64,000 bases of DNA from Ramazzottius varieornatus. Lineage: Eukaryota > Animalia > Tardigrada. The notes beneath the pieces are model-generated. The model saw only the letters and a list, made by a program, of their open reading frames with translations. It did no database searches and was not told where the DNA came from. The position numbers and the translations under genes were made by a program. How positions within the stretch are numbered: position 1 is the stretch's first letter; each line of letters begins with the position of its first letter. The stretch is taken from positions 3,303,324-3,367,323 of the forward strand of contig BDGG01000001.1 in the NCBI GenBank assembly GCA_001949185.1, in the 5' to 3' direction. Of this stretch, positions 37,723 through 52,700 are shown piece after piece.

Positions 37723-39086
37723 TTAGAACGTAATGCTTTTGATTACGGCTGTCGTAAAATCCGTAGTCTTTGCGTGTCCTCCCAAGTCTTTTGTTCGGAC
37801 TTTACCGGCCTTGATGACTTTGATGATAGCTTCCTCGATGATGGTCGCATGGTAATCGAGATTCAGATGCCGAAGCATGTTACAGGCTGTTAGCAACATT
37901 CCTGTCGGGTTAGCGATGTTCTTGCCCACAGCTTCCGCGTACGAATGGCGCGCGCCGGGTTCGAAGATGACTGCATCGTGCGAATAGCTCTGAAAAAATG
38001 ACACCACATAATTCTCCCCTCGGAACTTCACCTAAGATTGTTCGTGTTAGATACTCACCTCGCCAGGTACAACACCAGCTCCACCGACTAATCCAGCGGC
38101 CAAATTATCGATGATATTACCGTACAAGTTGGGCATAACCTGCAACGAAACACTCCTCAGTTACATACCCGGTATACCCAAAGGTGTCAGAAACAAGAGT
38201 ACATACCATGACATCGAACTGATTAGGATTGTTGACAAGCTGCATACAAGCATTGTCGATGATCATGTTTGAAAACTTGATGCGAGGATACAGCTCGGAG
38301 ACCTGCGTACAGCATTCCAAGAACAGTCCATCGCTCAGTTTCATGATGTTCGCCTTGTGGATCGCCGTCACCTTCTTGCGGTTGTTCCTCACAGCATAGT
38401 CGAAAGCGAATTTAGCTATCCTGGTACTGTTCACTCGTGTCACGATCTTCAGGCATTCCACGATACCCGGGACGGTTTCGTACTCGATAGCGCTGTATTC
38501 ACCTTCGGTCGTCTCGCGGATAATCACAAAGTCGATGTTAGTATGTCGGGTCTTCAGTCCTTCCATGCTCTTGACCAGAGCGCAACTGGCAAAGGAATCA
38601 ATCTTGCGACGAAGCTTAGTGTTGAGTGTAGCCAGTTCGCCTTCTTGTCCTTCTGAACCGGAAGTCAGCGCTCCTTTCAGGCATATCCCGTTCTTTTTGA
38701 TCGAGTCCGAAACTTCCTCGAGAGAATTACTGCGAGAGTATCCGACTTCACTCAAGTACAGCTCTTCGAAGTCAACAGGCACACCACAGCTGTCGAAAAC
38801 TCTCCGGACCTGGTGCATCTATGAGAAATAAACAATATATACACGTACATAAACAACAGACCGGAAGTAGCCTTGTGCTCACAAGTTCAGGTCCAACGCC
38901 ATCACCAGGGATCAGTGTTACGGGGTATCTCCGCTCTGGCTTGGCCACTGGTGCTTGCACGGGCACGCATAGCTGAGTGGCGATGCTGATGGATCTTTGC
39001 TGGCTGGAAGGAGACAAGCATTGCAAAAGGGATGAAGGTGGGTAGATGCTGTTCCGAGCGAAAATTCCCAGTCTGGAGACAGCCAT
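37723..39086 (-). CDS. IDH3B: NAD-dependent isocitrate dehydrogenase subunit beta, mitochondrial
   Basis: Presequence, [93 protein letters not shown]. Confidence 0.93.
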
Positions 39087-39943
39087 GCCTCAGCTCCCCT
39101 GGATGGCACTCCCCGCAGTCCGTACAACCACAAAATAATGGGCAGGATGGCGTCTTCTGGCCTTGGATTCTGCAAATTACACAAGGAGAGACAGGCCAGG
39201 AAGCGTAGTAAGGTCAGGGTGGTAAGGTGAAGCGGATGCTTCGCCTTCGAGGAATTTAATTATTCGAACAGCTTACACAGGAACAAACTTTTGGTTACAA
39301 CAAGATGGGCCTTGTAAACACCGTACGGCGTGTCCCATCTCCGGTTATTTCAAATGTGTCAACGCGATAGGACAATCAGTGCCCAGTGCAGAAGATGGTT
39401 CAGATATCCAAATCAACAATCAATAACTCCTGTTTCATCCAGGTACCAGTTTGGCAAGCCGTGTGGTAACGGCCACAATATGTTGCTCTGCTGGGTGTAC
39501 TGTGTGCTCGAGTATTTTATTCCAGTTTTTCTTCCGTCTTTTCCTATGGCCGTAAGAGAGCTCTTATGTCTCTTATAATTCTTATCTCGATACGTTCAGA
39601 GGCCTTTTGGTATCCGACCTCCATTTGGACATGAGATCGTTGGGATGGAACTGGCGAAAGTGAGGACAGCATCGCGCAGGAACGGATAGCTGTTTGTGAT
39701 CTTTGGTGAGTTCGAAAATAGTTAACATACCTTTCGGAATTTAGAATGTGCTATCTCGGCCCTCGGGATGATGGGATCCCTTACTGATCAGGTTATCTGG
39801 CTGATTACATTCCCGAAGTAGAATGTAGGTAAAACTTTGTGTTGCAGAGGGTGGCTAAGACTACGACACAGAATCGGACATCTAGCAGCGTCCTTGAAAC
39901 GATCTGCTCTCTGGTGGCCTGGCCCTCCATTCAAATTAATAGT

Positions 39944-42900
39944 ATGTCTTCGCCTTCGGATCTAATCAACTTGGCCTCAGTGCTACGAGAAGAGAATATC
40001 TTTGTGAAAGCTGAAACCTACGAGTTGTCGAGGCTAAACAGACAACTCAGCGCGGACACGGAAAAGCTGTATCACGAAGCGTGGATCGCCAGAAGTCAAC
40101 GACGCGCGCTGGAGCTCTTACTCAGTCAACGAAGCGACCTTCCTGCCGATAACTGCCTCTCGAAGCTTAACTCAGCTGCCACCTCGAAAACGGTCGATGG
40201 ATATCGCGTGTTGGGCTACAAAGAATCTTCTTATGGAGATTGCCTCAAGGTCAGTGGAATGAAGATGAAAATGTGGGACTGGAATAATATTAGGTATATT
40301 TTATTGTTTTTAAGGTGGTTAGAGAGAATCCCGAGCTCCTGGCGGAATGTCTGGTCCGTGGAGAACGAAGTAGTCCGGAGAAAATGCAGGAAGCTCTTCG
40401 ATGTGTGCTAGGCAGTTTGTACGGTTACGGACTAATACCCGAAGATCAAGAATACTCGTTGAAACTGCTTAAGTCCCTCATCGAAATTCAGCTGGACGCC
40501 AACTCGAACCCTCGACGTTTGCTGAAGAACGTCTCGACCTTCAGTTACGCCTACAAGATCTTCGTGGATAACTTGCACGAAACTAAGCTCTACCTGGCTG
40601 CTGCTCTGCATCAACCTATTCTGCAAGTCCTCGCTGAAGATGATCACATATTGGAGGTGGATGCGAACAAGCTGGCTTTCAGAATGTCTTCCGAAGAAAG
40701 AAGGAAACGGTTTGGTGATGAAGGAAGTGAACAGTACAATTTACGGTTGAAAGAGTACCGTAATCGCGTTGTCAGCAGACTTGTAAGAAAAACGTTTCGA
40801 AGTCTCTGGTTTCGAAATTGAATATTACACAAGGTTTTCTTGTCGTTTCGTAGGTTCGATTGGCGAATTTGTTCATACAAGGTCTAGTAGACAACCTTTT
40901 CTGCTTTCCGCCGAGTCTCTGCTGGATCATCAGTCAAGTCTACGAGCGGATTCAGAGTCAGCATCCCACGCAGACTACTCTTCCGGCAATAGTCTGTACT
41001 GACCTAATCTTCGCTCATTTCATCTGTCCAGCGATTGTCCAGCCAGAGCCGTATGCACTGACTTCCGATATTCCTGTTAGTCCAACGGCTCGCCTCAATC
41101 TAATGCAGATCGCTCAGATACTCCAGACATTGGCGGTTTCCAAATGGGAAACCATCGATGCGAAGATGATGGACGTTTACAACTTCTTCAAACCCGTACG
41201 TTGTTTCTTCCGAATGATTTCATAATTCGGTCTGAAAATATTGCATTTGGCAGAAAAAATCCAAAATCGGACATAAGAATCTCTATCTTTGTATCAAAAT
41301 CGATTTCGCTCGTAGGATTGCATATGGCGAGTCTTGGACGGTGTTTTGGACATGCGGACTTCGGACATTCTTGTTACGCCGGCCACCGCACCGGACAGTT
41401 TGAACAGAGCAGCAGTGTTCATGTCGGTTTCAGAGCTGAACTTTCTGGTTAGTTTCCTGAAGGATACCAGTGCTGACAAGCCGGGCTCCCGCGTACCGTC
41501 TGACATCTTTCGTAATTTGGTTACTAACTTACCTTTGGTTGAACCTCCGAGGAAGCGAGACAGCGAGATCAGCTCAAGCGTCTCGATGAGTACTCTATCC
41601 ACAAGTGCCTCGAAGACAAACCTGAAAGCTGTACTAACCAAGTCTTTTGACGCTGGTAACTTTTTCCAAAGCGAGTCTGATGGACTCGATTTATCACCCG
41701 GTTCCAATGGGAGTTCTGCAAACCACAACGGTAACGCGAAATACACCTTACTTGACCTTTTGCTGCAAAGGACCACTTTGATATTTTCTGGAATTTAAAA
41801 AATCACTCATGTTGCAGACACCTGCATACACGCGGGCAAGAATAAATGGGCGGCGCGGCGTATGCAGATCCACGATAATATTCTAAATAGCCTGAACTGA
41901 ATATTTGAATTAGTTTCATAAAATTCCATTTTAGATTTGTGATTCCTTTCCTTATCAATTCGCTTGTTTCAGGCGCGGTCAGGCCAGCGGAAGATACCCA
42001 AGTACTGGTTATTTCTCTTGGAGCCCGCGAGATGAGCGAGTTGGGTCTTCTACCAGAACAGAAGGTGATAGCCATCAGTAAAAGAAGGAAGAAGACGCGC
42101 TTCTCCGAGGATCAAGACTCGTTCGAAGCTGGAAGTGTGGGTGACGATGAAGCCATGAGTGCCTTTAGTGTTTGTAGCAGTATACCCGACTCCGCATCCG
42201 TTACCGGTCACGGTAAGCCGTCCCAGCCTCTCCCCGACTCTAACGACACCTTGATCGCCCCTAACGATGGTCTCGGGGCTGTCTTGGAAGAAATGGTTAG
42301 TCATCACTCTACCGCGTCGTCCGTGGATGGCGTCGATGTGGCTATGGAAGCTGACAACCTCAGGTATCGAAAATATCACGGCAGAATGATATCCTTTGAA
42401 TTAATATTAAAATTGGAAGCTGATCGCTTTCCCAAGTGGCGCGCTCTTCCACCTAACATCGCTCAAAACGTGCGTCACTTGATGAAACGTTCTGTTCGAG
42501 TTTATCTGCCAAGCCTTGAGTTCCCTGTTTCGCTTTATTTTCCTTGTTGTTTTTTTAACGATTAGCTGTAGATCTTCTTTCCGAGCCTTCATTTCCAATT
42601 AGGACAGTATTCTTAACTTTCTCACTGTCACAGCGACCCGGTGTCTCCGGACATCAGCGCTCGTGCCAGTCCAACCGTGAGTGGTCGCGATACTCCTTCA
42701 CCGCCACCAGACAATCCAGCCATGGTAGACATCGCTTTGCCTCCACCCAACCCGGTCGATGGTTTCGGTTTCCCACAAAAGTTTCAGCCACGAGACTTGC
42801 CCGTTACAGTTAACAAGCCTGGTCGCGCGGACGTTTCTGACAAGTTCGGCATGTTCGACATCCCCGATGTCAAGTTTGATGAAACGCGTTCCACGGTTAG

Positions 42901-45900
42901 TGAGGCATGGAGTACCGAGGTTGGTGGCTCAGAATTTGACGCACCAGGCATCGCTCCTCCGCCCGCCATTGTAGCAGAGTTCGACCCGATGAACGATCCT
43001 GTCTTCGCGGTGGCAGCTGCTGGTGGCTTCGACTCGGAGAACGAAGATGATCGGTGGAGTGTCGATGTGGCAGCGTCGGTGTCGAATGCTAGTCAGGAAC
43101 CACTGGAGGACCGCTTGGCTGAACTGGAAGGTGAACCGCAAGGTACGCAACTGTTTTTATATTCGTGTGTGTTGTCGGCATATATACCACTGGCTAGTTC
43201 TCTGACGGAGTCACGGTTCTGCCTATACGCGGTTACTGATATATGTTGTGAGGATATGTATACAACTACACGAAAGCGGTTTGTCTCAAGTACCTGCATA
43301 CAGGCGGCCATGAGATGGTGTCGAGTATGTGTCTGCAGGTTCATGAAACAATAACCCGAATTTGTTTACCACAGACCCTCTCTCACCTGCTCGTTTGCTC
43401 TTATCTTTACGCAACTCTGAGCTGAGCTTGAGCATGAACATGTTTTAGGTCAGGTCAACATGGTGCACGATCTTCTGATGGAGCCCATTGAAGAACCGGT
43501 ACCACTACCCGTTGCTCTTCCGAACCCTTCCGGCAAGTACGTGAGCTTCGCTAATGATGACCAGTTTCATCATTACCCACCGGAGAACGAAAATGAGTTC
43601 CTGATCGGAAGCTATGGAAGTACGGGTGGAGGCTTGGGAGATCGTTCTCGGGACTTCGAGGATCGCGCAAGGGACTTTGAAGATGACGATCTGACCTTGA
43701 ATCCGTTCGCGCCCTCGACTTCTCACGGGCACAACGCTTTCGGCAGTGGCTCTGTCCAAAGCAGTTGCTCGTCGTTCAGCAATTTCAGCGGCTTTGACGA
43801 ACCATCGACTAGCAGCGGCAAAACTCACCCGGGTGAGTCAGTACAGTAGTTCTGAATTCAGATGACGGAAAGCAGGATCCATTAATATACAATATTAGTC
43901 TGAAAGTAAATTTCAGCCGAACAAAATCGCAGAATAACTGTAGCAAAATTTCAAATCCGGTCTCGCAGCTGCTGTACAATTGAAATAAAAAAAGCTGGAA
44001 AGATCGAGCCACTCGTGCTGTGAAGGCTGATGTATGTATGGCGAAGAAGCAATACGAAATTTCGTGAACGTGAATCTTTCTGTATCGTAGTTCTCGAAAA
44101 GTCCGTCTCAGCTGGGTTGTTCGGTAGCGTCGACCCGTTCGGTCAGTCTCCATTCAACATCCTTACCGAGCATCACCCATTCGAAGGACCAAAGGGCCCT
44201 CTTCCTGGCCGGAAAGGTAGTCTCTGCCGAGAGACGGTCTCCATCATCAAAGAACCGTCCGCCAACCGTCCGAGTCTCACTAACCAACTTGGCATCAAAG
44301 ACTTCCAGATATCTAAGCGTACTTCAGACAGCGCACTGTCCTCTCTAGCCAACTCCGGCTCGAAAGAAGGCAGCAACAAGAAAGGTAACTTTCTGAAGAA
44401 CATCGCACAGAATTTGCGAGTCAAACAGAAGCGTACATCGAGCGGAAGTGGCAGGTTCGATCTACCTTCCACACCACCTCGAAACATGAACCAAATAAAG
44501 TTAGAGAACCCGTTCAACCAGAACAATAACAGCAACTACAACCAGAAGCCAGCGTTCGCACCGGCCGAGTCGCCAGATGAAATTCTGGCGAGATACCGGA
44601 AGAAGCCTTTGCTGAGCGCAAATAGCAGCGCTTCTTCGTTGTTGGTCAACCCGCCGACGTCACCTGCGCATAGCGTTCAGATGGATACTGAGGACCATGT
44701 GTACCTGATGGACTTCGCTGGTATCAGCGATGAAATCATGCTGGAAGCTGCGAAGAGGAAAGTGAGGATCGTGCTGAGCTCATTCGATGCTGCTTCAGTA
44801 CCTTACTTGAAGATGCGACTGTCAAATAAAGATATTAAAGCTAACAACTCCCTGCTACCGTTCCTCAAGGTAGGGGATCGATCGTGTGGGCAGGATTCGA
44901 ACACGTCCTTGTATTATTTTTGTTTTTGATTTTATAGATTCAACTGTCGGAGGCGATAGGTTTGCAAGATCGTTCACTAATTGCCCAACTGCACGAAGCC
45001 ATCCGCTGTGTCAAGGCATTGGACTCTAGAGGGTAACTCTCTTCTCTGGCGAATTTTTTTTAAGGATTTTCTGGCACGGACTTCATTTTTTGATTTTGCA
45101 CAGTGTGAAAAAGCTCGTCGAAGCTTTGCGGAATGATTATCGCAGCAGGGAGGTTTACATGACTTACCTGATTCGTAGCCGCAAAACTCTGCTAAATAAT
45201 CTTCAACATACTGGGAAACTGATTAAGAGGACGCAAAGGTAACGTATCTTAGTGGCCTTCAAAATAATCAGATTAAAGTGCTCAGTATAAGAGAAAGCTG
45301 TTGGTCAACTAGGAAATTGTGTTTTGCAGGGATAGTAACGTATGCTCCAAGTACTTCATCTCAGTCTGTGTGACGCACTTCCTGGAGAAGCGAGAACGAG
45401 ACGTTCATGTCTTCATTCGGGACTTTCAGCGCTTGACGCTGTCGGATGAGAAGAGTGCTATGGTGGAAAACATCCTGACTAGCCTGTACGGATTCATGAC
45501 TTCGGAGAACTTGTGGCATGGTATGTCCGCTTTGCAATTCACTCAGTCAATTCACCGGGAATGTACTCACCGTAACTCTGGCTTGTCAGCTTGTACTGAA
45601 GAGCAGTGCACCGACGCCCGAGAAGCTCTTGAAAGACAGATCCTCAGCCGTGTCTACCGAAGCGCGATGTACCCCAACGACGAGGTCGACATAATGCGCG
45701 ACCAGGTCCTCCATGAACACATGAAAAGGCTGGCCAGAACTCTGACGCCTGACCACAAAGACCTCAAAATCTCACGGGTAAACTACTTCGATCGAAGTTT
45801 GCTACAGCTGATTTTCTTTCGTCCCTTTAACTTGTTTTTCTTCAGGCTTACCATCTAGAGTGTCCGTGGCCGTCAGCACAAGCAGAAATTAAGACTATCA

Positions 45901-46202
45901 ACGCCTACAAGACTCCCATAGACAAAGTCCAGTGTGTGGTTCGCTGTTCGGCTACTCTGATGAACCTTCTCAGTCTTGCCGCCGACAACTCCGTACCCGC
46001 AGCTGATGACTTCATGCCAGCATTAGTTTACGTTCTCATCCGAGCCAGCCCACCTAGTCTTCTGTCTACTGTGCAATACGTAAACACCTTTTACGGTAAT
46101 CGTTTATTTGGTGAGGAAGCCTACTGGTGGACCCAGTTTGCGTCCGCCATAGAATACATCAAGAATATGGATTACCCCGCTGAGGGAGGACTTTTCAGGT
46201 GA
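39944..46202 (+). CDS. GAPVD1: GTPase-activating protein and VPS9 domain-containing protein 1
   Basis: N-terminal LASVLREENIFV, RasGAP-like FICPAIVQPEPY...ARLNLMQIAQILQTLA, acidic middle region (SARASPTVSGRDTP, SEAWSTEV), and a VPS9 domain AADDFMPALVYVLIRASPPSLLSTVQYV...GEEAYWWTQF. Confidence 0.93.
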
Positions 46203-46568
46203 TTTACCCGCTACTCTTGCTGCACTGTTCTTACAGATTTTGTATCTCTCTCTTAATGTACCTTAGTTCAGAACCTACGTTCGGTTCAATATTCTTCGGT
46301 TCTTCCTTTTGCTCCTGTTGAAACTACAAATGAAAAACGTCACCTTCCTGCCCTGGACTGTCTCATCCACCGTCTATAAACATTCTCATATGCTTCAAAT
46401 TCGAGGAGAACTGCGAAGTGGTGCTGACTGATCTTTATGAAAAGTTTTGATAGGAGAGACGCTCGAGGACTGATCAAATCAGTCTAATCAAAACAGCGTT
46501 TCCGAGCTTCGATAGCACTAAACACAGCCATAATTCAGCTCACAGGCAAATTCGTGATGACCGAACAT

Positions 46569-47366
<798 letters not shown>

Positions 47367-48082
47367 GTTGACTGTTGGCTCCGATCTGGAACAAGTAAGA
47401 ACGCCAGGTAAGAAGGATTGGTACTTACTAGTCACTACTTGTTCCCACTGTCACTCTAAACGAACGGCATTAGCCAGGTACAACATCGTTCCCGACCGAC
47501 ACGCGTTTGTAGCTCTACTTACCTTGAGTGCTCAAGGATGAGGATCCAGCGAGAACAATTTACGAACAAGATCACTGCGAGAAGACTGCACACTGGCTCT
47601 TCGGGTTCCGAATGATCAGTACTGTATTCGGCAAATTCCGGACCGGCATGCATTCCGGTGCGCTGGTGCTTACACTCTGACGCTGTCGCTTCCATTCCAT
47701 TACAGTGATTACACTTCGTGACTCGGCGACTTCCCTTTGACCACGGTTGGTTACTGTGGGGATCGAGCCCCATCTGTGCTGCGCTTTTTCAGACCCCTGG
47801 TGTTTGTTTCTTTTCGCAGTTCCAGTTCCACGTTGCCTGAGGGAAGCGGATTTGTTTACCGTTTCGCAGTAATGATGCGATGCAGTACGTACGCCGAGAT
47901 GAGTCCTTGTTGTTGTACACTAGTGCTGCTGAACCGCGCGTCCATCTGAGACCAGGTTACCATAAAATTTGCTTTCTCATGATACAGGCTGTCCCACACG
48001 ACAAGGCGCTGACACTGGATACAGGAGTATTCAGGAGCGAGTCCTGCAGTGCTTGCCTTTTTGTTTCGCACGTCTTTGAATA

Positions 48083-49157
48083 TAGAGATTGCGAGGCGAG
48101 GCTAGGCCAGGTCTCATGAACAGCCACTCTCATCTTTCGGTCTCATGTTTCGACGGGTCGTGGGCCGGTTCGGACACGCTGAAACGCTGCTATTGGTCGA
48201 CTCGTAGTCCGAGACTTCGATTCTGAGACCGTGCCCGACGGGTCTCATGGAAAACTGAAATTTCGATTAGACCGTCGGGTAAATTATCCCCTCTAATTTT
48301 TGCGTATCTCTGCGCGTTCCGGAGCCTGAAGACTACCCGTTTCGTGATTCTGGACCGCAGCGTGCGGTGTCCAACTTTTTCATGGGATTACGACAAAACA
48401 TTACTCGCATCTAACCCTACTTCAGAGGCGTTCTTCCAGTCTCACGATGCCCGAGGAATCGCGACTCAAGCTTGGAGATTTGCCATTATCCGTGAACTTT
48501 GCGGTACCAGGATAATTCCAGATTACCAGAGCCTAGGAGCCTAGCTAGCCGGCTGACATTCGACGGACGAGAGCGGTATCACTTTCGGACTGTCATTTCA
48601 ACCTCGGCGCAGTGAGCATTATGCAACAATGCTCAGGATTCCATGGCATCCACGATGGCCGCTTTCTCCCCGGAGCAACCAGTTGAGACAGCCGATTATG
48701 TGGTGTGCGAGTATTTGTGTAGCCGGCTAGCCAGGATTAAGACAGTAGGAAGCTGAACTAAAATTACTGAAGTAGAAAATGAGAAAACAGGCGCATCCCT
48801 CGCGTTATCGGATATGTCCTCGATGTGCCTCCTTTGACTTTCGCTTTATCGCGCGTGTTGTCGTCTCCTTTTCGTGCCATGCAAAATGTTGAAGTGAGTT
48901 CGGCAGAGTAAAAGATGTCCAAGAGTCAAGACACCACTGCAGATCCGGTCAGAGCTTTTTACTTCCGGTCGGCAGAACAAGCATAGCGATATGAGACCGC
49001 GAGGCGAAATTCTTCGCATGCACAGATGGTGACGTTACGTTTGACTCTCATGAAGCTTGATTGGGGCGGAGTTGATTTGTCCAAATCTGAGACTACAACC
49101 TGAGAGTCGCAAATATGATGGCAGTTTATGAGACCTGACCTGTCCTCGCAAACTCTA
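48083..49157. mobile_element. About 1.07-kb non-autonomous DNA transposon with imperfect ~40-bp TIRs and repeated GTCTCA/TGAGAC motifs
   Basis: Left end TAGAGATTGCGAGGCGAGGCTAGGCCAGGTCTCATGAACAGCCA matches the reverse complement of the right end, TAGAGTTTGCGAGGACAGGTCAGGTCTCATAAACTGCCA. TA lies on both flanks. Internal inverted matches at 48540-48557 / 48719-48735. No transposase ORF. Confidence 0.7.
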
Positions 49158-49742
49158 TAATGACGGCATGGATTCCCTGGTGCAACTGGCTAAGCACTGG
49201 TCCCAGCCTACTATCGCCTTTGACGTACACAATCAAGAGCTTGATTATGCGTTTCTGGTTCCGGCAACGCACGGTTCAGCAGCACTACGGTGGTTGTGAT
49301 TTTTGTGCATCTCCGTAATTGCTGCTTCCATAATTTCTCATCCAAGTCTTATTCCTCCCGACTCCTTGCCGAAACCGACTGTCCGAAAGATCCTGCCTGC
49401 CCATAGTGTGGACCCAAGTGAAGCATACTACGAATCCGGCGTGCGCCGACGAGTCAGCTTGGCTAGTTCCTTCAAGGACAAGTGTTCCTTCGCTCAACCC
49501 AGTTTGCCCAGCCAACATGTTGCGATCAGCTGTATGACGGGGTTTCTTTCTTCTTGAATCTTCTGGGGAACTATAACTGGTATGTTCTGGGTTTCGCCTA
49601 TTCACCCGGCAATCCTGCGATTTCAGTATATATGTCCTCTAGCACACGTCGGATTTGCCAGAGACAGTCGCATTTCTATGTGCTAATTACGTTGTGTCGA
49701 GTACCGCATAATTTATGAGCACATTTATTTTTCAGAGTAAAC

Positions 49743-52700
49743 ATGTCGCTGTGGGAGAAGACTCAAAGGTTGCAAGGGGACGCATTGGACCAGCTTCGTA
49801 ACATCTACACGCAATGCTTTCCCATTGAAGTACGACATTACTGCGCGCAGTGGATCGAGGAGCAGCCGTGGTTAGTTAGCCCGAGGCCGCTCTTTAGCTC
49901 CCATTCCTAATCTATGTGATGGGAGCCTCTCTTCGTAGGGATGGGGTGGACACGTACAACAATCAACATGAAAAGATGGCTACAAACTTGCTGAAAAGTC
50001 TGCTGCGGGAAGTGGAAGTGCGAGCCAAAAGTCTGGCACCTAATGACTTTGTGACCAAGTTGAAACTAGAGGAAGCTATGGGATACTTGAGGGAACATTA
50101 TGGGAGGAACCCGCTGAACTTCGTACAGATCGTCAAGACCATGCTGGAAACTGAACGACACTTGGTTGATTTGGCCGAACATGTAAAACACGAACCGAAC
50201 ACTTCAAATTAATATTTCTGTTAGTTTTGATTGGAAGTTATGTTTTTCAGCCTCACCCAGTGGACGCTACTGCTTCGACCTCCCAAATCAAGTCTGGACA
50301 GAATGGAGTTATGCTGCAGCAATTTGAGCTCTTACAGAAAGGAACAAAGGTAGGGAAGATTCTGCCACTTTTTTGGACTGTATAAGATTAAAGAAGCGGT
50401 AAATTTCTATCGACAGGTTACGGACAGCGACCTGAACATACTGCAACACGAACAAGAGTCTTTTGTGATTCTCTACCAAGAGAAATACCAGATCGAAGAA
50501 GCTATCGCCAGGCAGATTGGATCCCCGACCGAGCCGCGGCTGCGTCAACGGAAGGAGCAAGTCGACCAGAATCTCTCTCAGAAAGCCAACAGTATTCTCG
50601 AGAAACGAATGGTAAATTTGGCGATACAATAGGAGTGGCTGGATACCATGTGTTGTTAATGAATGAGTCTCTTTTCCAGCTCCTCGCCAAGAAGCATCTT
50701 GAAAGCGTTCAGCACCTCGAGAAGGTCCAGAACTCTGTCCTGAACGAGCATCTGATGGCCTGGAGACGCAACCAGCAACTAAGCGGAAATGGCGTTCCTT
50801 TCTTCAACAATCTCGACCAGATTCAGCAATGGTTAGCTCTTATCGGTAAATAAGATTCACGACAAGTAGTTTTATGTGCGATGTTGTTCTAGGTGTGAGC
50901 TGTTGGGAGATTGTATTCTTCAGAATCGTCAGCAGCTGCAACGTGTCGAAGCACTGCGAACGCAGTTGCCCATTCCTATGGAACCTCAGCAAGACTTGCT
51001 GCCGTCGCTCAATGCGAAGGTCACCGCGTTACTGTCTTCGCTCGTCACCAGCACCTTTATTGTGGAAAGACAGCCACCACAGGTGATGAAGGTGTCCAAC
51101 AAATTCAGTTGCTCTGTGCGACTGCTGGTGGGCAGCAAGCTCAATGTGCACTTGACGCCACCGAAAGTGACAGGGACTATCATCAGGTATGATTCCATTC
51201 TAACCATTCTGATCCGCCCATAAAATCTATGGAGTGTTTTCCTGCGACGAAATCACTATTTCTTAACCTTTTCGTTCTCCTTCTTGCAGTGAATCTCAAG
51301 CCAACGCGCTGATCAAAGGAGACAAGACTGCCATCTCGTAAGAGCCGCATTGCATCTTACCTAAGTGGTTATTCAACTGTGAAACGAAAATAGCTGTACG
51401 CTAATTTACCTCATTTGCTTCGGCAGGAACTCGGCCGGAGTCATCGTTAATAACGCCGGTTTGATGGAATACAATCAAGCCGCTAAACAACTTGTCGTTA
51501 ATTTCCGTAACATGGTAATTAAAATGCCTCTCTGACTTAATCTTTTATCGAAAGGTTTACGTTCGAATTGAACTAATGAGGTTGAATTTGTTTAGGCTCT
51601 AAAAACTGTCAAACGGTCGGAACGGAAAAAACATCAGGAGGTGTTTAACCATAGCTTATTAATTTGGCTCATTTTTGGGCTCCGTCAATTTATTATATGT
51701 CATTTTACTTGTAGGCTGTGACGGAAGAGAAGTTTTGTCTGCTGTTCCAGTCCAAGTTCAACGTAGCAAACGAAATGACTTTTCAAGTTTGGGTAGGTTT
51801 GAATGCTCAGCCGTGGTTCTTGGAAGTTGTATACACCTGATAGTACGAGTACCTGGTATCATCGTGCGTTATATGGTTGTTTTTATGCTGACTCATACGG
51901 TTCGACCGGAAGCTGTGGTGGAACTGATGGTGTTTTTTGCAGACGTTGTCGTTGCCCGTGGTTGTTATCGTTCACGGATCACAAGAAGCCCAAGCCACGG
52001 CGGTCATCATGTGGGACAATGCTTTTGCAGAGCTGGTAAATTTATTCTTGTTTCAGTGTTCGATACCGCCACAGTAGTTATAGGAAGTCCGGAAGCAAAG
52101 CATACCATTCGGTCATGAACCTCCATACAGTGACCGTAGATTGTCCAGCGAGCATGGGTATGCAGGGGTGTGTCACAAGAAATCAAAATGCTTACAGACA
52201 CGCATACAAGCACTCGTAGATTTCCACTGAGCGGACGTATGCAGGTTCATGCGAATGCAGTGTGTCACTAGCGGAGCGGTAGCGGCTTTCCCATACGCTG
52301 CCTGCCCTCGTATACAGGAGTGAGGATTGAAGGAACAGTTTAATGTCACAGGGAAGAGTGCCATTCGAGGTTCCGAAAGAGGTTCTGTGGAAGCAGTTGG
52401 CGGAACAGCTCAACTTCAAGTTTAAAAGTCAGATAGGAACAGGACTATGCGACGAACACTTGAGATTCCTGGCAGCCAAATTACTTGGCAGAAAAGAAGA
52501 CACTCTGGAAGACCTGAGCAATGTCAAGGTGTCGCGATCCAGATTCCACAAGGAAAACTTGATCGACCGTAAATTCACCTTTTGGGAGTGGTTCTTTGAC
52601 GCCATGAAGCTAGTGAAGGACCATCTTCAAGATCTGTGGAACAATGGGTGAGTGTTCACCAGCTTCGGTCTTCTTATTCACCAATGCGTTCTGTTTAGCA

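Noticed and set aside
32620-38870. GACCGGAAGTAGC ETS sites in PHB1 and IDH3B introns as evidence of a local GABP regulon
   Set aside because: CCGGAAGT also occurs many times in coding and unrelated sequence in this window, so specificity cannot be claimed by eye.
47534-47790. Possible Pol III ncRNA (7SK- or MRP-like; GGATG start, GATC motifs, terminal T-run)
   Set aside because: Better explained as the RPS9 5' exon and promoter on the opposite strand; the MRP/RNase P CR-I motif and 7SK stems are not present.
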